Shown here: positions 9,184 through 18,700 of the stretch, one piece after another
How the letters are laid out: every line of letters begins with the position of its first letter
How positions within the stretch are numbered: position 1 is the stretch's first letter
Assembly: GCA_013297755.1 (NCBI GenBank)
Contig: JAAFIH010000003.1
Location: 27,657-91,656, forward strand
Direction of reading: 5' to 3'
DNA: 64,000 nt
Source of the DNA: Cytophagales bacterium
Lineage (GTDB): Bacteria > Bacteroidota > Bacteroidia > Cytophagales > UBA9547
Position numbers and translations under genes: made by a program
The notes under the pieces: generated by a model
What the model saw: only the letters and a program-made list of their open reading frames with translations
What the model was told of the DNA's origin: nothing
Databases searched by the model: none

Positions 9184-10929
9184 ATGCAAATATTATTTTC
9201 ATACCTCAAAAATTACAAATTGCTCATTGGCTTATCGCTTTTTTTGGCAAGTATCAACCAAATTTTTTCATTATTAGACCCTTATATTTTTGGCAAAATA
9301 ATTGACAATTTTGCCAATCATGCCAAAGAATATTCTCAAAAAGAATTTTTGGTGGGCATGGGTTCGCTTGTTTTGGCAGCAATAGGAGTGGCCATGATAA
9401 GTAGAATTGCTAAAGCATTTCAAGATTATACTGTGAGTTTAGTCATCCAAAAAATGGGAGCTCAAATTTATACTGATGGTCTCAAACATTCGCTAAAACT
9501 CCCATTCCAACAGTTTGAAGACCAAAGAAGTGGCGAAACCCTCAATGTGTTACAAAAAGTAAGGGCTGATTCCGAAAAATTTATTTCCAATTTTATCAAC
9601 GTAGTTTATGCAGCAATTGTTGGCATTATTTTTGTAATGATTTATGCTATTCAGCTTGATGTAATGCTGGTTTTAGTGTATTTTATTGCAGCTATTTTAT
9701 TGTCATTTATTACCAGTATATTAAGCAAAAAAATAAAAGCAGTCCAAAAAGATATTGTCAAAGAAACCAATGTGTTGGCAGGAGCTACAACCGAAAGTTT
9801 GCGAAATATAGAGCTAATCAAAAGTTTAGGACTTACCCATCAAGAAGTACAAAGGCTAAATCTTACCACACTCAAAATACTACAATTAGAATTAAAAAAA
9901 GTAAGAAGCATACGTTCTATCAGTTTTTTACAAGGTACTTTTGTTAATCTTTTACGACAAACGATTTTGTTTTTGTTGCTTTTTATGATTTTTAAAGATA
10001 AACTAACGGTAGGCCAGCTGATGACTCTACAGTTTTATTCGTTTTTTATTTTTAATCCATTACAAGAAATGGGTAATGTCATTATGTCGTACAGAGAAGT
10101 AGAGGTTTCATTACAAAATTTCATAAAAATAATGCAAACGCCCCTCGAAAAAGTACCCACAAATCCTCAAAATATTGACGAAATAGAAAGACTTGCCTTT
10201 GATAATGTGCTATTCAAACACAAAACAGCCAAAACAAATGCACTAGAAAATATTACTTTTGAAGTAATAAAAGGGCAATCTGTGGCCTTTGTTGGCCCAT
10301 CTGGATCAGGCAAAACCACAATGGTAAAACTACTGGCTAGTTTGTATCAACCTTTGGAAGGAAAAATAAAGGTAAATAATATAGCATTTGAAAAAATAAA
10401 TGTAGAAGAGATTAGAAATAAAATTGGTTTGGTTACACAAGATACTCAATTATTTTCTGGAACTATAAAAGAAAATTTACTCTTTGTAATGCCCAAGGCC
10501 TCTGACAGAGAAATAGAACAAGCACTGCAAAAAGCAGCTTGCCAAAATTTATTGGCTAGAACCGAAAACGGCATAAACTCAGTCATTGGCGAGGGTGGAA
10601 TGAAGCTATCAGGTGGCGAAAAACAGCGTTTATCCATAGCTAGAGCACTTTTAAGAAATCCACAACTACTAATTTTTGACGAAGCTACTTCAGCCCTAGA
10701 TAGCATTACTGAAGAAGAAATAACCAAAACTATCAAAGAGGTAACTGCTCAAAATGATAGAATTACTGTGATGATTGCCCACAGATTATCTACAATCATG
10801 CACGCTGACAAAATATTTGTCCTAGAAAAAGGTAAGATTATAGAAACTGGAACTCATACAGATTTGCTCAACGAAAAAGGGTTATATTACGCCATGTGGA
10901 GACAACAAATTGGTGAGAAAAAAGATTAA
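9184..10929 (+). CDS. ABC exporter, fused permease/ATPase (MsbA/ABCB-like)
   Basis: 581 aa. Six-TM N-terminal half, Walker A GPSGSGKTT, signature LSGGEKQR, Walker B LLIFDEATSALD, H-loop AHRLST. Confidence 0.9.
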   Translation: MQILFSYLKNYKLLIGLSLFLASINQIFSLLDPYIFGKIIDNFANHAKEYSQKEFLVGMGSLVLAAIGVAMISRIAKAFQDYTVSLVIQKMGAQIYTDGLKHSLKLPFQQFEDQRSGETLNVLQKVRADSEKFISNFINVVYAAIVGIIFVMIYAIQLDVMLVLVYFIAAILLSFITSILSKKIKAVQKDIVKETNVLAGATTESLRNIELIKSLGLTHQEVQRLNLTTLKILQLELKKVRSIRSISFLQGTFVNLLRQTILFLLLFMIFKDKLTVGQLMTLQFYSFFIFNPLQEMGNVIMSYREVEVSLQNFIKIMQTPLEKVPTNPQNIDEIERLAFDNVLFKHKTAKTNALENITFEVIKGQSVAFVGPSGSGKTTMVKLLASLYQPLEGKIKVNNIAFEKINVEEIRNKIGLVTQDTQLFSGTIKENLLFVMPKASDREIEQALQKAACQNLLARTENGINSVIGEGGMKLSGGEKQRLSIARALLRNPQLLIFDEATSALDSITEEEITKTIKEVTAQNDRITVMIAHRLSTIMHADKIFVLEKGKIIETGTHTDLLNEKGLYYAMWRQQIGEKKD

Positions 10930-10935
10930 ATTAAA

Positions 10936-10976
10936 ATATACTTACTTTTTATAATCAATTAAAAAAGTAAGTATAT
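10936..10976. terminator. Bidirectional terminator hairpin between convergent genes
   Basis: Perfect 15-bp stem ATATACTTACTTTTT (10936-10950) pairs with AAAAAGTAAGTATAT (10962-10976). A/T runs on both sides. Confidence 0.7.
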
Positions 10977-10982
10977 TAGATA

Positions 10983-12167
10983 TTATAAATTAAAATAACT
11001 TTGATATGTGGCCAAATCTTTGTCGCCACGTCCAGAGAGTGAAATTACAACAGTTTCGTGAGGCTTGGCATGCAAATACTCTAAAGCAGCTATGGCGTGC
11101 GATGTTTCAATAGCAGGAATAATACCCTCTACCCTACTCAACATAAGGCCAGCCTGCATGGCTTCGTCATCTGTAATTGAGTAAAAAGTACCACGTTTGG
11201 TGTCATACAAGTGGGCATGTAGCGGCCCAATACCAGGATAATCTAGCCCAGCTGAGATAGAATGAGGCTCAGTAATTTGCCCATCGGCTGTTTGCATAAG
11301 TAAGGTTTTGCAAGAATGTATCACTCCAATAGACCCAAGTTTGAGGGTAGCAGCCGAAAAACCAGAATCAACACCTTTGCCAGCAGCCTCTGCACCTATA
11401 ATTTTGACACTCTCTTGATCCAAATAGTGATAAAAAGTACCAGCAGCATTGCTGCCACCACCTATACACGCCATGACATAATCTGGATTTTCAGACCCAG
11501 TTTTTTCTTTTAATTGCCATTTTATTTCTTCACTTATTACAGATTGAAATCTAGTAACCATATCAGGGTAAGGGTGTGGCCCAATGGCCGAACCTATAAT
11601 GTAATGTGTGTCAGAAGGGTTGTTTATCCAGTATCTAATGGCTTCGTTGGTGGCATCTTTAAGGGTACGAGAGCCAGACATAGCTGGGGTAACAGTGGCA
11701 CCTAACATCTTCATTCGCTGCACATTTGGAGCTTGGCGATGTATATCAATTTCGCCCATAAAAATGGTACAATCCATACCCATCAATGCACATACAGTAG
11801 CAGTGGCCACACCATGTTGGCCTGCACCTGTTTCTGCAATTATTTTTTTCTTGCCCAGTCTTTTAGCTAGTAATATTTGACCAATAGTATTATTCACTTT
11901 GTGAGCCCCAGTATGACACAAATCTTCTCTTTTAAGATAAATATTGGTTTGAAAGTGGCTCGATAGTCGTTTGGCAAAATACAATGGTGTAGGCCTGCCT
12001 ACATAATCTTTGAGTAAGGAATTGAACTCTTCTTTGAAATCAGAAGTAGTAATAATATGTAAATAATTTTCTCTTAACTCTTCAACATTAGGATACAACA
12101 TTTCAGGTACATAAGCACCACCAAATTTACCATAATATCCCTTATCACTAACCTCAAAATTTTTCAT
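10983..12167 (-). CDS. trpB: Tryptophan synthase beta chain
   Basis: GKFGGAYVPEMLYPNVEEL, LKREDLCHTGAHKVNN (PLP lysine), ETGAGQHGVATA, GGGSNAAG. Start set at MKNFEVSDKGYYGKFGG (12167). The track ORF extends to an upstream ATG at 12224. Confidence 0.85.
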   Translation of the reverse strand: MKNFEVSDKGYYGKFGGAYVPEMLYPNVEELRENYLHIITTSDFKEEFNSLLKDYVGRPTPLYFAKRLSSHFQTNIYLKREDLCHTGAHKVNNTIGQILLAKRLGKKKIIAETGAGQHGVATATVCALMGMDCTIFMGEIDIHRQAPNVQRMKMLGATVTPAMSGSRTLKDATNEAIRYWINNPSDTHYIIGSAIGPHPYPDMVTRFQSVISEEIKWQLKEKTGSENPDYVMACIGGGSNAAGTFYHYLDQESVKIIGAEAAGKGVDSGFSAATLKLGSIGVIHSCKTLLMQTADGQITEPHSISAGLDYPGIGPLHAHLYDTKRGTFYSITDDEAMQAGLMLSRVEGIIPAIETSHAIAALEYLHAKPHETVVISLSGRGDKDLATYQSYFNL

Positions 12168-12380
12168 ACTACTTAATTTATACTCTACAAATACAATTTT
12201 ATGACATTTGTTATTACTTTGCAATAATTAATTTAAAAATTGTTTGTTTATGGAATAATTTGCAAAATTAGGATTTCAAACCAACGATTAAGGTCTTATT
12301 TTATGGCGGTAATTTGATTTTTATTATCACAAATCAAAAAATAATGCCATATATTTAATTTCATTTTCTAAAAATATAGA

Positions 12381-12388
12381 TAATTTTG
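12381..12388 (+). promoter_or_regulatory. Bacteroidota-type -7 box (TAnnTTTG) for the TonB-dependent receptor gene
   Basis: TAATTTTG lies 25 nt upstream of the ATG at 12413. The same spacing occurs at 27687, 38805 and 54379. Confidence 0.45.
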
Positions 12389-12412
12389 GTATTTTTACAT
12401 AAAATTGAATGT

Positions 12413-14788
12413 ATGAAATATATTGTTTTACTATTTTTTATTGCAATTTCAAAAATTACGGCTCAAAATACTCAAAACATAAGAGGAATTATTACTGATA
12501 AAGAATCAAAATTTCCTTTAATTGGCGTATCTATAGTTATCACAAGTACTGAGCCTACAATAGGAGTTAATACCAATGAAAATGGCGAATTTTTACTTCA
12601 AAATGTGCCACTTGGCAGACATAAAATAGTTATTTCTTACTTAGGATACAAACCACAAGCTATACCAAATATTTTAGTAAACGGTGGCAAAGAAACTGTT
12701 TTGGATTTTCAATTAGAGGAAAATGTGGTTCAAACAGATGAGGTTGTCATCAATGGCTATGGCGATAAAACGGCTACAAACAACGAAATGGCAGTAATTT
12801 CGGCACGTTCATTTAACTTAGAAGAAGCTCAAAGATATGCAGGTAGCCTCAACGACCCCTCACGAATGGCTGCCAACTATGCAGGAGTAAGTGGCACCAA
12901 CGACAATAGAAACGATATTGTGATTCGTGGTAACTCGCCTTTGGGTTTGCTTTGGCGATTAGAGGGCATAGAAATACCAAATCCAAACCATTTTGGCTCG
13001 TTGGGTGCTACTGGTGGCCCTATAAGTATGCTCAATACAAATCAACTATCAAAATCAGATTTTCTTACAGGTGCTTTTCCAGCAAATTTTGGAAACGCCA
13101 ACGCTGGCGTTTTTGATTTGCAAATGAGAAGAGGTAATAATATCAAAAAAGAACATCTAGTACAAATGGGCTTTAATGGCCTCGAAATAGGTACAGAGGG
13201 CCCATTTTCTAAGAAATCTAAGGCATCATATCTTGTTAATTATAGGTATTCTACCCTCGAAATATTAGAAGCACTTGGTATGAAACTGGGTACAGGTGGA
13301 GCAGTGCCAAGATATCAGGATGTAAGTTTTAAAGTAGATATTCCTACCAATAAAATAGGTAAATTTGTTCTTTTTGGCATCGCTGGTGGAAGTAGTATTT
13401 CGTTGCTCGACAGCAAAAAAGACACCTTAAAAAGCAAAACCAATAACTACAGTTCTGGCAACCAAGATGTAACCTACAGAACCAGAATGGGAATTTTTGG
13501 GTTTTCTCATACCTATTTTTTTAATTCAAATACCTACTTAAAAACTGTTTTTGCTACCTCACTGGCTTTGGAACCTACCAAAAACGATTCTGTGATAAAA
13601 TTACCATTTTTGACAACTATGGCAAAATATGAGCGTGATTTTTCAAATTTCAGAACCTCAATTAATGTAAGTTTTAATAAGAAATTTAATCGAAAAAATA
13701 CTATAAACCTTGGTTTCAATATTGATAGAATTGGTTTTGAACTAAAAGATAGATTCAATGAAGCAACCATAAAAGGAAATTTTAAATGGAGAGACATCAG
13801 AAATGCTGAAGGAGCCAATTATTTAGTGCAAACTTGGGTGCAACATCAACACAAATTTTCGGAACGAATTACCTTAAATTATGGCTTACACAGCCAATAT
13901 TTTTCTATCAATACTAAGTCATTTGCAGTAGAGCCTCGTGTAGGTGCAAGATATGCACTGAGCGAAAAAATAGCTTTCAATCTGGGATTGGGTCTGCATA
14001 ACCAAACTCAAATGCAGTTTTTATTTTATCAAAAAACAAAAGTCAATGGTATATATTTTGAAACAAACAAAAATTTAAAATTTACGTCTAGTGCCCATGC
14101 AGTGGTGGGTTTGGACTATAATTTGAGCAAAGAAACAAGAATAAAAATCGAAACTTATTACCAATATATTTATAATGCTCCTGTCGAAATGAGGCCTACC
14201 TATTTTTCGGCACTTAATATAGGTGGCGATTTTAATATACCCGACAATGATAGCCTTGTAAATAAAGGAATGGGTAATAATTATGGCGTTGAAATCACAT
14301 TTGAGAAATTTTTTGGTAGAGGGTTTTATGTGCTTCAAACAACATCATTATTTTCATCTAAGTACAAAGGAAGCGATAATCAATTAAGAAACACTGCTTT
14401 TAATGGAGGCTATGTGGCCAATATTTTGGGTGGATATGAACTAAAAATATCAAAAAAATCTACACTAAGCCTAGATTTTAAGGCCACCATTGCTGGAGGA
14501 CGTAGAATTTTACCTATAGATTTGCAAGCTTCAAAAGTTGCCAAAAAAGCAGTTTTTGATTACAAAAATGCCTTTGAAGAGCAATTTCCATTCTATTTTA
14601 GAACAGATGCAAAACTAGGATGGCGACTAGAAGGCAAAAAAGTGGCTCACCAATGGGCTCTGTCTTTACAAAATATTACTAATAAAGAAAATGCTTTTAA
14701 CCAAGTTTACAACAATTTATCAGAAAATATCAGTGTGAATAATCAAATTGGATTATTGATTATACCTCAATATAGATTGTTATTTTAA
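12413..14788 (+). CDS. TonB-dependent receptor-like outer-membrane protein with CarboxypepD_reg N-domain
   Basis: Signal MKYIVLLFFIAISKITAQ. IRGIITDKESKFPLIGVSIVI...LGYKP (carboxypeptidase-regulatory fold), plug-like segment (NDIVIRGNSP.GLLWRLEGIEI), long beta-rich C-terminal part ending ...QYRLLF. Confidence 0.8.
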   Translation: MKYIVLLFFIAISKITAQNTQNIRGIITDKESKFPLIGVSIVITSTEPTIGVNTNENGEFLLQNVPLGRHKIVISYLGYKPQAIPNILVNGGKETVLDFQLEENVVQTDEVVINGYGDKTATNNEMAVISARSFNLEEAQRYAGSLNDPSRMAANYAGVSGTNDNRNDIVIRGNSPLGLLWRLEGIEIPNPNHFGSLGATGGPISMLNTNQLSKSDFLTGAFPANFGNANAGVFDLQMRRGNNIKKEHLVQMGFNGLEIGTEGPFSKKSKASYLVNYRYSTLEILEALGMKLGTGGAVPRYQDVSFKVDIPTNKIGKFVLFGIAGGSSISLLDSKKDTLKSKTNNYSSGNQDVTYRTRMGIFGFSHTYFFNSNTYLKTVFATSLALEPTKNDSVIKLPFLTTMAKYERDFSNFRTSINVSFNKKFNRKNTINLGFNIDRIGFELKDRFNEATIKGNFKWRDIRNAEGANYLVQTWVQHQHKFSERITLNYGLHSQYFSINTKSFAVEPRVGARYALSEKIAFNLGLGLHNQTQMQFLFYQKTKVNGIYFETNKNLKFTSSAHAVVGLDYNLSKETRIKIETYYQYIYNAPVEMRPTYFSALNIGGDFNIPDNDSLVNKGMGNNYGVEITFEKFFGRGFYVLQTTSLFSSKYKGSDNQLRNTAFNGGYVANILGGYELKISKKSTLSLDFKATIAGGRRILPIDLQASKVAKKAVFDYKNAFEEQFPFYFRTDAKLGWRLEGKKVAHQWALSLQNITNKENAFNQVYNNLSENISVNNQIGLLIIPQYRLLF

Positions 14789-14812
14789 TTAACTATTTTA
14801 TTACTTATATAA

Positions 14813-15349
14813 ATGAATATAAAAGAAAGAATTTTATTAACTATATTTTTAAATTTTTTTATAATTATCACTATTTTTAGTTGTTCCAAAAAAGTGCAAA
14901 CTGATATTACACCCTTGATTCAAAAAGAAATTATGTTGAATATTTCGGGAAAAGATTCTACATTCGCACAAATTTTGACAAAATACGATGATAAATCAAT
15001 TATTTTGATTGATATTTGGGCTTCATGGTGCCCAGATTGTATCAAAGGTTTGGATGAACTAAAGCAAATTCAGTCTATTTATGCTAATAAAAATATTATT
15101 TATTTGATGCTTTCTGTTGATGATAACGAACAAAAATGGTTGAAAGCGATTAATAAATTTTCTATCATTGGAGAACATTTTAGAATAAAAAATGGTTGGA
15201 AAACATCTGAATTTTGCAATTTTTTAGGTGTAAATTGGATTCCTCGCTATATTTTAATAAACAACAAAGGTAAGATATTGCACTTTGATGCCATAGAAGC
15301 AGGTGATAAAAATCTTGTATCTGCCATAGAAAAAAATATACAAAAATAA
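14813..15349 (+). CDS. Thioredoxin-fold (TlpA-like) lipoprotein
   Basis: Lipobox-like IFSCSK and the redox motif WASWCPDC. Confidence 0.75.
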   Translation: MNIKERILLTIFLNFFIIITIFSCSKKVQTDITPLIQKEIMLNISGKDSTFAQILTKYDDKSIILIDIWASWCPDCIKGLDELKQIQSIYANKNIIYLMLSVDDNEQKWLKAINKFSIIGEHFRIKNGWKTSEFCNFLGVNWIPRYILINNKGKILHFDAIEAGDKNLVSAIEKNIQK

Positions 15350-15372
15350 TTAACCCTTTTAATAATTTAATT

Positions 15373-16683
15373 TTGAACAACACTAAAATAAACGACAAAA
15401 AGACAATTTTTGGATGGTATATGTACGATTGGAGTGCATCTGCGTACAACCTTACTATCACTTCAACCATATTTCCAATTTATTTTACAAGTGTTGTTCT
15501 TAATAAAAATGGTGGTGATATTGTATCTTTTTTGGGATGTGAAGTAAGAAATTCGGCTTTGTATTCTTATTCTTTATCATTTGTGTTTTTAATGGTCGTT
15601 TTGTTAAATCCAATTTTAACAGCCATTTGTGATTATACAGGCCACAAAAAATCGTTTATGAAATTCTTTTGTTTCGTGGGTGCTGCTAGTTGTGGTTCTA
15701 TGTATTTGTTTGATAATCAACATATTTATTTAGGAGTTTTTGGGTTTATTTTGGCTGGCATTGGTTATAATTGTAGCTGGGTTTTTTATAATTCTTACTT
15801 ACCAGAGATAGCCAGTAAAGATAAATTTGATAAAATAAGCGCCATTGGTTATGCCTTTGGATACGTGGGTAGTGTTTTATTGTTGTTATTCAATTTATCA
15901 ATGTTGTTGTTTCCTGCTTATTATAGTAATATTACATCAGAAATGGCTTCAAAAATTTCATTTTTAAGTGTCGGGCTTTGGTGGTTTTTGTTTTCATTAG
16001 TTACATTTTATTTTTTGCCCAAAGATGTACCTATATCTACTGAAAATACATCAGGTTGGATTTTGAATGGATTTAAAGAATTAAAAAAAGTATTTTTCAT
16101 TGCCTCGAAAATTAAATCTCTAAAATTATTTTTAATAGCTTTTTTCCTTTATAATCTTGGTGTACAAACATTTATGTATGTAGCCACAGTTTTTTCTGAC
16201 AAAGAACTACACATGCCCACAGATGCTTTGATAGCTACAGTACTTATTTTGCAATTTGTGGCCATACCAGGAGCTTATTTATCATCTTTTATTTCTAAAA
16301 AATTTGGCAACAACATTGCTATAATATTACAATTATTCATTTGGATAGGCATTTGCTTTGGTGCTTACGTCATAGAAACTCCCACTCAATTTTATGTACT
16401 TGCATTTTTTGTAGGCTTGGTTATGGGTGGTATACAATCTATTTCGAGATCGACTTTTGCTAAATTTATCCCTTCTGATACTACAGACAATGCCTCTTTT
16501 TTTAGTTTATACGAATGTGTAGACAAAACATCTATCGTTTTTGGTACTTTAATTTATGGTTTGTGCGACACCATTACAGGAAGTGCACGAAGTAGTGTAC
16601 TCATTTTAGGTTTATTTTTCTTTTTTGCGATACTAATTTTGCGTAAGATAATAAAACTAAATCCTTATAAAATTTTAACTTAA
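15373..16683 (+). CDS. MFS transporter, UMF1/Atg22-like
   Basis: About 12 TM segments and an N-terminal FGWYMYDWSASAY motif typical of the UMF1 family. The track start is a TTG. The ATG at 15421 would cut into the conserved motif. Confidence 0.7.
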   Translation: MNNTKINDKKTIFGWYMYDWSASAYNLTITSTIFPIYFTSVVLNKNGGDIVSFLGCEVRNSALYSYSLSFVFLMVVLLNPILTAICDYTGHKKSFMKFFCFVGAASCGSMYLFDNQHIYLGVFGFILAGIGYNCSWVFYNSYLPEIASKDKFDKISAIGYAFGYVGSVLLLLFNLSMLLFPAYYSNITSEMASKISFLSVGLWWFLFSLVTFYFLPKDVPISTENTSGWILNGFKELKKVFFIASKIKSLKLFLIAFFLYNLGVQTFMYVATVFSDKELHMPTDALIATVLILQFVAIPGAYLSSFISKKFGNNIAIILQLFIWIGICFGAYVIETPTQFYVLAFFVGLVMGGIQSISRSTFAKFIPSDTTDNASFFSLYECVDKTSIVFGTLIYGLCDTITGSARSSVLILGLFFFFAILILRKIIKLNPYKILT

Positions 16684-16693
16684 TATTACCAAT

Positions 16694-17224
16694 ATGATAT
16701 TTATACCTACAAAATTAAAAGGTGCATTTATAATAGAACCCGAAAAAAGAAGCGATGAAAGAGGTTTTTTTGCTCGAACATATTGTGCAGAGGAGTTCAA
16801 AAAACATGGTTTAAGCACTGCTATGCCTCAAAGCAATATGTCGCTTTCTGTCTATAAAAATACCATTCGAGGTATGCACTATCAAGTTGATGGAGCCGAA
16901 GAAGCAAAATTGATACGTTGTACGCAAGGTTCAATTTTGGATGTGATTATTGATATTCGCAAAAATTCTGATACTTATTGTAAATATATAGCCGTAGAAT
17001 TAACACAACAAAACTACAGAATGTTGTATGTACCCGAAGGATTTGCCCATGGATTTTTGACTTTGACAGATAATGTAGAAGTTTCTTACCAAGTTTCGCA
17101 ATTTTACACCCCTGGCAAAGAAAAAGGTATCCGTTGGAACGATCCTCTATTTGCCATAGATTGGCAAATAACAAACCCCATTGTTTCAGAAAAAGATGCT
17201 TCTCACCCAAATTATATAAAATAA
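16694..17224 (+). CDS. rfbC: dTDP-4-dehydrorhamnose 3,5-epimerase
   Basis: 176 aa. DERGFFARTY, RGMHYQ, KLIRCTQGSILDVIIDIR, LYVPEGFAHGF: a canonical RmlC cupin. Confidence 0.9.
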   Translation: MIFIPTKLKGAFIIEPEKRSDERGFFARTYCAEEFKKHGLSTAMPQSNMSLSVYKNTIRGMHYQVDGAEEAKLIRCTQGSILDVIIDIRKNSDTYCKYIAVELTQQNYRMLYVPEGFAHGFLTLTDNVEVSYQVSQFYTPGKEKGIRWNDPLFAIDWQITNPIVSEKDASHPNYIK

Positions 17225-17315
17225 AATCTTACTATGTTTATTTAAGAATAGGTAAGAATATCATAAAAAATTATAAAATAAAATTGGAATACGAAACCAA
17301 ATAAATACTCCAATT

Positions 17316-18143
17316 TTATAAAACACCTGATTTTTTTAATGTTTCCTTTACCTGTTCTAATATATCTTGGTCTATCACAGGCGAATGGCTCCATTCTACG
17401 GATTTTATCCAATCTTTTACGTCTTTTTCGTTTAAATTATATTTTTGGGCTATCAGTGTGGTTTTGTTTTTTAATTCTGTAAATTTTTCGGTTGCCTCGT
17501 TGATACAACCCACAACAGCCATGAGAGCCTCTTTATTTTCTTCAATAAAATTGTTGCGTGCCACAACTACAAAACAAGGCCAAGGCGTAGGAATTTCGCC
17601 AATTTTTTGAAAAATTCCTTTGTCTACCAAAGGTTTTGTTGTAAATTTTTCCCACAAAAATACATCTGCATCATCAGCAGTGAGGGCTTTGGCAGCACCA
17701 TCTATGTTGTTTACAATTACAAAATTTTCATCAGCAATTCTAAAATTATTTTCGGCTGCCAACACTTTTGCCATCAAGTGCGAACCAGAACCTAAACGAC
17801 TGACTGCAAACCGCTTATCTGCAATATCAGTTGCATTTTTATAGTTTTTTTTGGGCGAGATATGGATGCCCCAATGTAGTGGCGATAGCACATAAAATTG
17901 TAAAATCGTCATTAGATTTCCTTTTTCTATGGCCGCAATAGCACCTTCTGTTAGGACTATGGCCATGTCGATTTCGTTATTTTTTAGAGCCTCGCACATA
18001 GCACCAGTGCCTGTGGCAAAATCAAGCCATTGCAAATCAATGCCATCTCGTTCAAAAATACCTTTATTTTTGGCCCAATGAATTGGCATATTAAAGTGTT
18101 CGGGTACACCAGCTAATCTTATTGGGAATAAATTTTCGGACAT
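17316..18143 (-). CDS. NMT1/THI5-like periplasmic-binding-protein-fold protein (no signal peptide)
   Basis: IRLAGVPEHFNMPIHWA...LQWLDFATGTGAMCEALKNNEIDMAIVLTEGAI resembles SsuA/NMT1-type substrate-binding domains. The family call is approximate. Confidence 0.55.
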   Translation of the reverse strand: MSENLFPIRLAGVPEHFNMPIHWAKNKGIFERDGIDLQWLDFATGTGAMCEALKNNEIDMAIVLTEGAIAAIEKGNLMTILQFYVLSPLHWGIHISPKKNYKNATDIADKRFAVSRLGSGSHLMAKVLAAENNFRIADENFVIVNNIDGAAKALTADDADVFLWEKFTTKPLVDKGIFQKIGEIPTPWPCFVVVARNNFIEENKEALMAVVGCINEATEKFTELKNKTTLIAQKYNLNEKDVKDWIKSVEWSHSPVIDQDILEQVKETLKKSGVL

Positions 18144-18255
18144 ATTTTTATGTAATTATTACTTATTTAAGATAAAATAATTTTGAAATTAAAAAAGAAA
18201 AAAACAAACTACCCAAAAAAGTGAAACTACTACAAGGGCATTTTAAAGCTCAATT

Positions 18256-18700
18256 CTACAAACTACAAACTACAAACTACTAACTATCAACTACCAACTA
18301 CCAACTACCAACTACCAACTATCAACTACCAACTACTAACTACTAACTACTAACTACTAACTACCAACTACTAACTACCAACTACTAACTACCAACTACT
18401 AACTATCAACTACCAACTACCAACTACGAACTACCAACTACCAACTACTAACTACCAACTACTAACTACTAACTACTAACTACAAACTACCAACTACCAA
18501 CTACCAACTACCAACTACCAACTACTAACTACTAACTACTAACTACTAACTACCAACTACCAACTACTAACTACCAACTACCAACTACTAACTACTAACT
18601 ACTAACTACTAACTACTAACTACTAACTACAAACTACAAACTACCAACTACAAACTACAAACTACCAACTACAAACTACCAACTACAAACTACCAACTAC
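18256..18700. repeat. Heptanucleotide tandem array, 63 units of CTAC(C/T/A)AA plus a partial unit
   Basis: Counted by hand: 26 CTACCAA, 23 CTACTAA, 10 CTACAAA, 3 CTATCAA, 1 CTACGAA. There is one G in 445 nt of the plus strand. The last partial unit (CTA, 18697-18699) is the TAG stop of the agmatine deiminase gene. Confidence 0.95.

Noticed and set aside
12386-12412. TTG start for the TonB-dependent receptor ORF
   Set aside because: The TTG lies inside the TAATTTTG -7 box (12381-12388). The signal peptide starts at the ATG at 12413.
18256-18700. Could the regular repeat array be a CRISPR locus?
   Set aside because: The unit is 7 nt with no spacers, no cas genes are nearby, and every unit is a variant of one heptamer. 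It is a microsatellite, not a CRISPR array.
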